A stretch of 64,000 nucleotides of DNA from contig OY762721.1 of NCBI GenBank assembly GCA_963666345.1, positions 1,440,001 through 1,504,000 on the forward strand, written 5' to 3'. The notes below the pieces were generated by a model, which did not search any database, was not told where the DNA came from, and was given only the letters and a program-made list of their open reading frames with translations. A program made the translations under genes and the position numbers. This stretch comes from Desulfatiglandales bacterium. Lineage in GTDB: Bacteria; Desulfobacterota; DSM-4660; Desulfatiglandales; Desulfatiglandaceae. Shown one piece after another: positions 62,434-64,000 of the stretch. Each line of letters begins with the position of its first letter. Within the stretch, counting starts at the first letter, position 1.

Positions 62434-63732
62434 ATGAAGAAAGCAGTAATAATCACGACACTTTCCATGCTTGTTTCAGCGGTTTTTATCCCCTGCCGGC
62501 CTTACCCTTTGAACGCACAGGAACCTGATACCATCGTATTTCTGACCTGGAAACCGAACCAGCCTGAGGTATGGGAAAAGCTCATAAAAGAGTTCCATCA
62601 TGACAATCCGGATCTCAGGGTCAAGGTCCAGGTAGGGCCTCACTCATCCACGGAATATCATGCCATTGTGACCCAGCGCCTCAAAAACAGAGATGACTCC
62701 CTGGACCTCTTTTTCATGGATGTTACCTGGCCCCCCGAGTTTGCAAATGCCGGCTGGGCACTTGATCTGACCGCCTGGTTTTCAGAACGGGAGCAGCAGA
62801 AGTTCCTGCCCGGTCCTGTTGCCGCAAACAGTTACGAAGGTGGAATTTACGGGGTTCCATGCTACCTGGCGGCAGGCCTTTTTTATTACAGGAAGGACCT
62901 GCTCGACAAACACGAATTCAGACCTCCCTCGACCTGGGACGAGATGCTTTTTCAAGGGAAAAGGATACTTGAGACTGAAGCCGATCCCCTGCTCAATATC
63001 TATTCAGGGCAGTTCAAGCAGTATGAAGGACTTGTCTGTGACATGATGGAGTTCATCTGGTCAAACAACGGGGGAGTTTTTGACACCGGTTCAGGCGGGG
63101 TTATAATCAATCGGGCCGAAAGCGTTAAGGCGGTGACATTCGTCAGGGACCATATCATAGGAAACGCCGCTCCAAGGGGCGCGATAAGCTATGAGGAACC
63201 GGAATCGCTCGATCTTTTCATACAGGGAAAATCGGTTTTTCACCGCAACTGGCCCTATGCCTGGGAGGTGGCCAACAACCCCGAAAAGTCCAAGATAGCG
63301 GGAAAGGTGGGTGTGGGAAGGCTTCCCTCATTTGAGGGGCATGAATCCGCCTCAACGCTCGGGGGGTGGCAGTTCGGCATAAACAGGTGGTCGAGGCATC
63401 ATGAAAAGGCATGGAGGTTTATAAAGCATATGACCTCTTTTAAAAGCCAGAAGATACTGGCCGTCGAAGCCAGCCTCGCCCCCGCAAGAAAGGCGGTCTA
63501 TCTCGACCGTGAGCTCAGGGCGAAAAGACCCAACCTAACGGCATTTCTCCCAGCCTTTGAAAGGGCAAGGCCCCGCCCTCTTTCACCTGTCTACCCGATG
63601 ATCAGCCAGGAGCTTCAACGTTTCTTCAGCCGGGCCGTCTCGGATAAGGGGAGCGAGATCCCTCAACTGGCGGACACGGCCGCTAAAAGGATAAAGAAGA
63701 TCAGGGACCTGGCCGAATCGATCCGGAAATGA
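62434..63732 (+). CDS. Sugar ABC transporter substrate-binding protein
   Basis: Signal peptide; MDVTWPPEFA, YYRKDLL, QYEGL, RNWPY, LGGW (trehalose/maltose-type). Confidence 0.9.
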   Translation: MKKAVIITTLSMLVSAVFIPCRPYPLNAQEPDTIVFLTWKPNQPEVWEKLIKEFHHDNPDLRVKVQVGPHSSTEYHAIVTQRLKNRDDSLDLFFMDVTWPPEFANAGWALDLTAWFSEREQQKFLPGPVAANSYEGGIYGVPCYLAAGLFYYRKDLLDKHEFRPPSTWDEMLFQGKRILETEADPLLNIYSGQFKQYEGLVCDMMEFIWSNNGGVFDTGSGGVIINRAESVKAVTFVRDHIIGNAAPRGAISYEEPESLDLFIQGKSVFHRNWPYAWEVANNPEKSKIAGKVGVGRLPSFEGHESASTLGGWQFGINRWSRHHEKAWRFIKHMTSFKSQKILAVEASLAPARKAVYLDRELRAKRPNLTAFLPAFERARPRPLSPVYPMISQELQRFFSRAVSDKGSEIPQLADTAAKRIKKIRDLAESIRK

Positions 63733-64000
63733 AAAAAAAAGAGATAAAATTTTACCTCGCCCTTATCGCGCCTGCCCTGCTGGTGCTTTTCCTGTTCATC
63801 GGCGCCCCTATAGTACAGTCCTTTATAAAAAGCCTTCACACCATCATTACAGGCCTGCCCCAGCTCAAGGCCCCCTTTGTGGGGCTTGCCAATTATAAGG
63901 ACCTGCTGAACGACCCGGTAGCCGTTCATTCCCTCCGGCTAACCGTTGTTTTCGTGGCCACCACCACCTTTTTCGAACTCCTCATAGGCCTGCTCCTGGC
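63729..64000 (+). CDS. Sugar ABC transporter permease (truncated by the window)
   Basis: ATGA overlap; MKKKEIKFYLALIAPALL...FVGLANYKDLLND. Confidence 0.85.
   Translation, partial: MKKKEIKFYLALIAPALLVLFLFIGAPIVQSFIKSLHTIITGLPQLKAPFVGLANYKDLLNDPVAVHSLRLTVVFVATTTFFELLIGLLL

Noticed and set aside
3756..63929. Numerous 60-240 aa ORFs antisense to or nested within called genes
   Set aside because: Shadow ORFs of well-supported genes with no independent motifs

Overview
64-kb bacterial window, most likely from a sulfate-reducing Desulfobacterota (DVU0772-family gene, gene content; inference). It has three parts. (1) 1-3114 is the right end of an integrative, phage-satellite-like element: a truncated D5/P4-type primase-helicase, an unannotated 59-aa AlpA/excisionase, a near-perfect 57-bp palindrome, an orphan ORF, a tyrosine integrase and an att site made of the 3' half of tRNA-Glu(TTC). 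(2) ~3.2-26 kb is an accessory-looking patchwork: YhaN/YhaO (Rad50/Mre11-like), an AAA14-DUF4143 ATPase, two decayed four-helix-bundle cassettes bounded by inverted repeats, a TatD-like hydrolase, a convergent DUF488/partner pair, a DEAD-box helicase with a terminator in its leader, a RAYT remnant, a sigma28-driven binding protein plus chemoreceptor, and an RND pump. (3) 26-64 kb is mostly housekeeping and metabolism: glnS with a fused tRNA-binding domain, a PilB/GspE ATPase, MscS plus a cation-chloride cotransporter, pckA, a glycogen cluster with one frameshifted GH57 gene, an aryl-sulfate sulfotransferase and transporters. All calls come from motif recognition by eye; no database searches were run.
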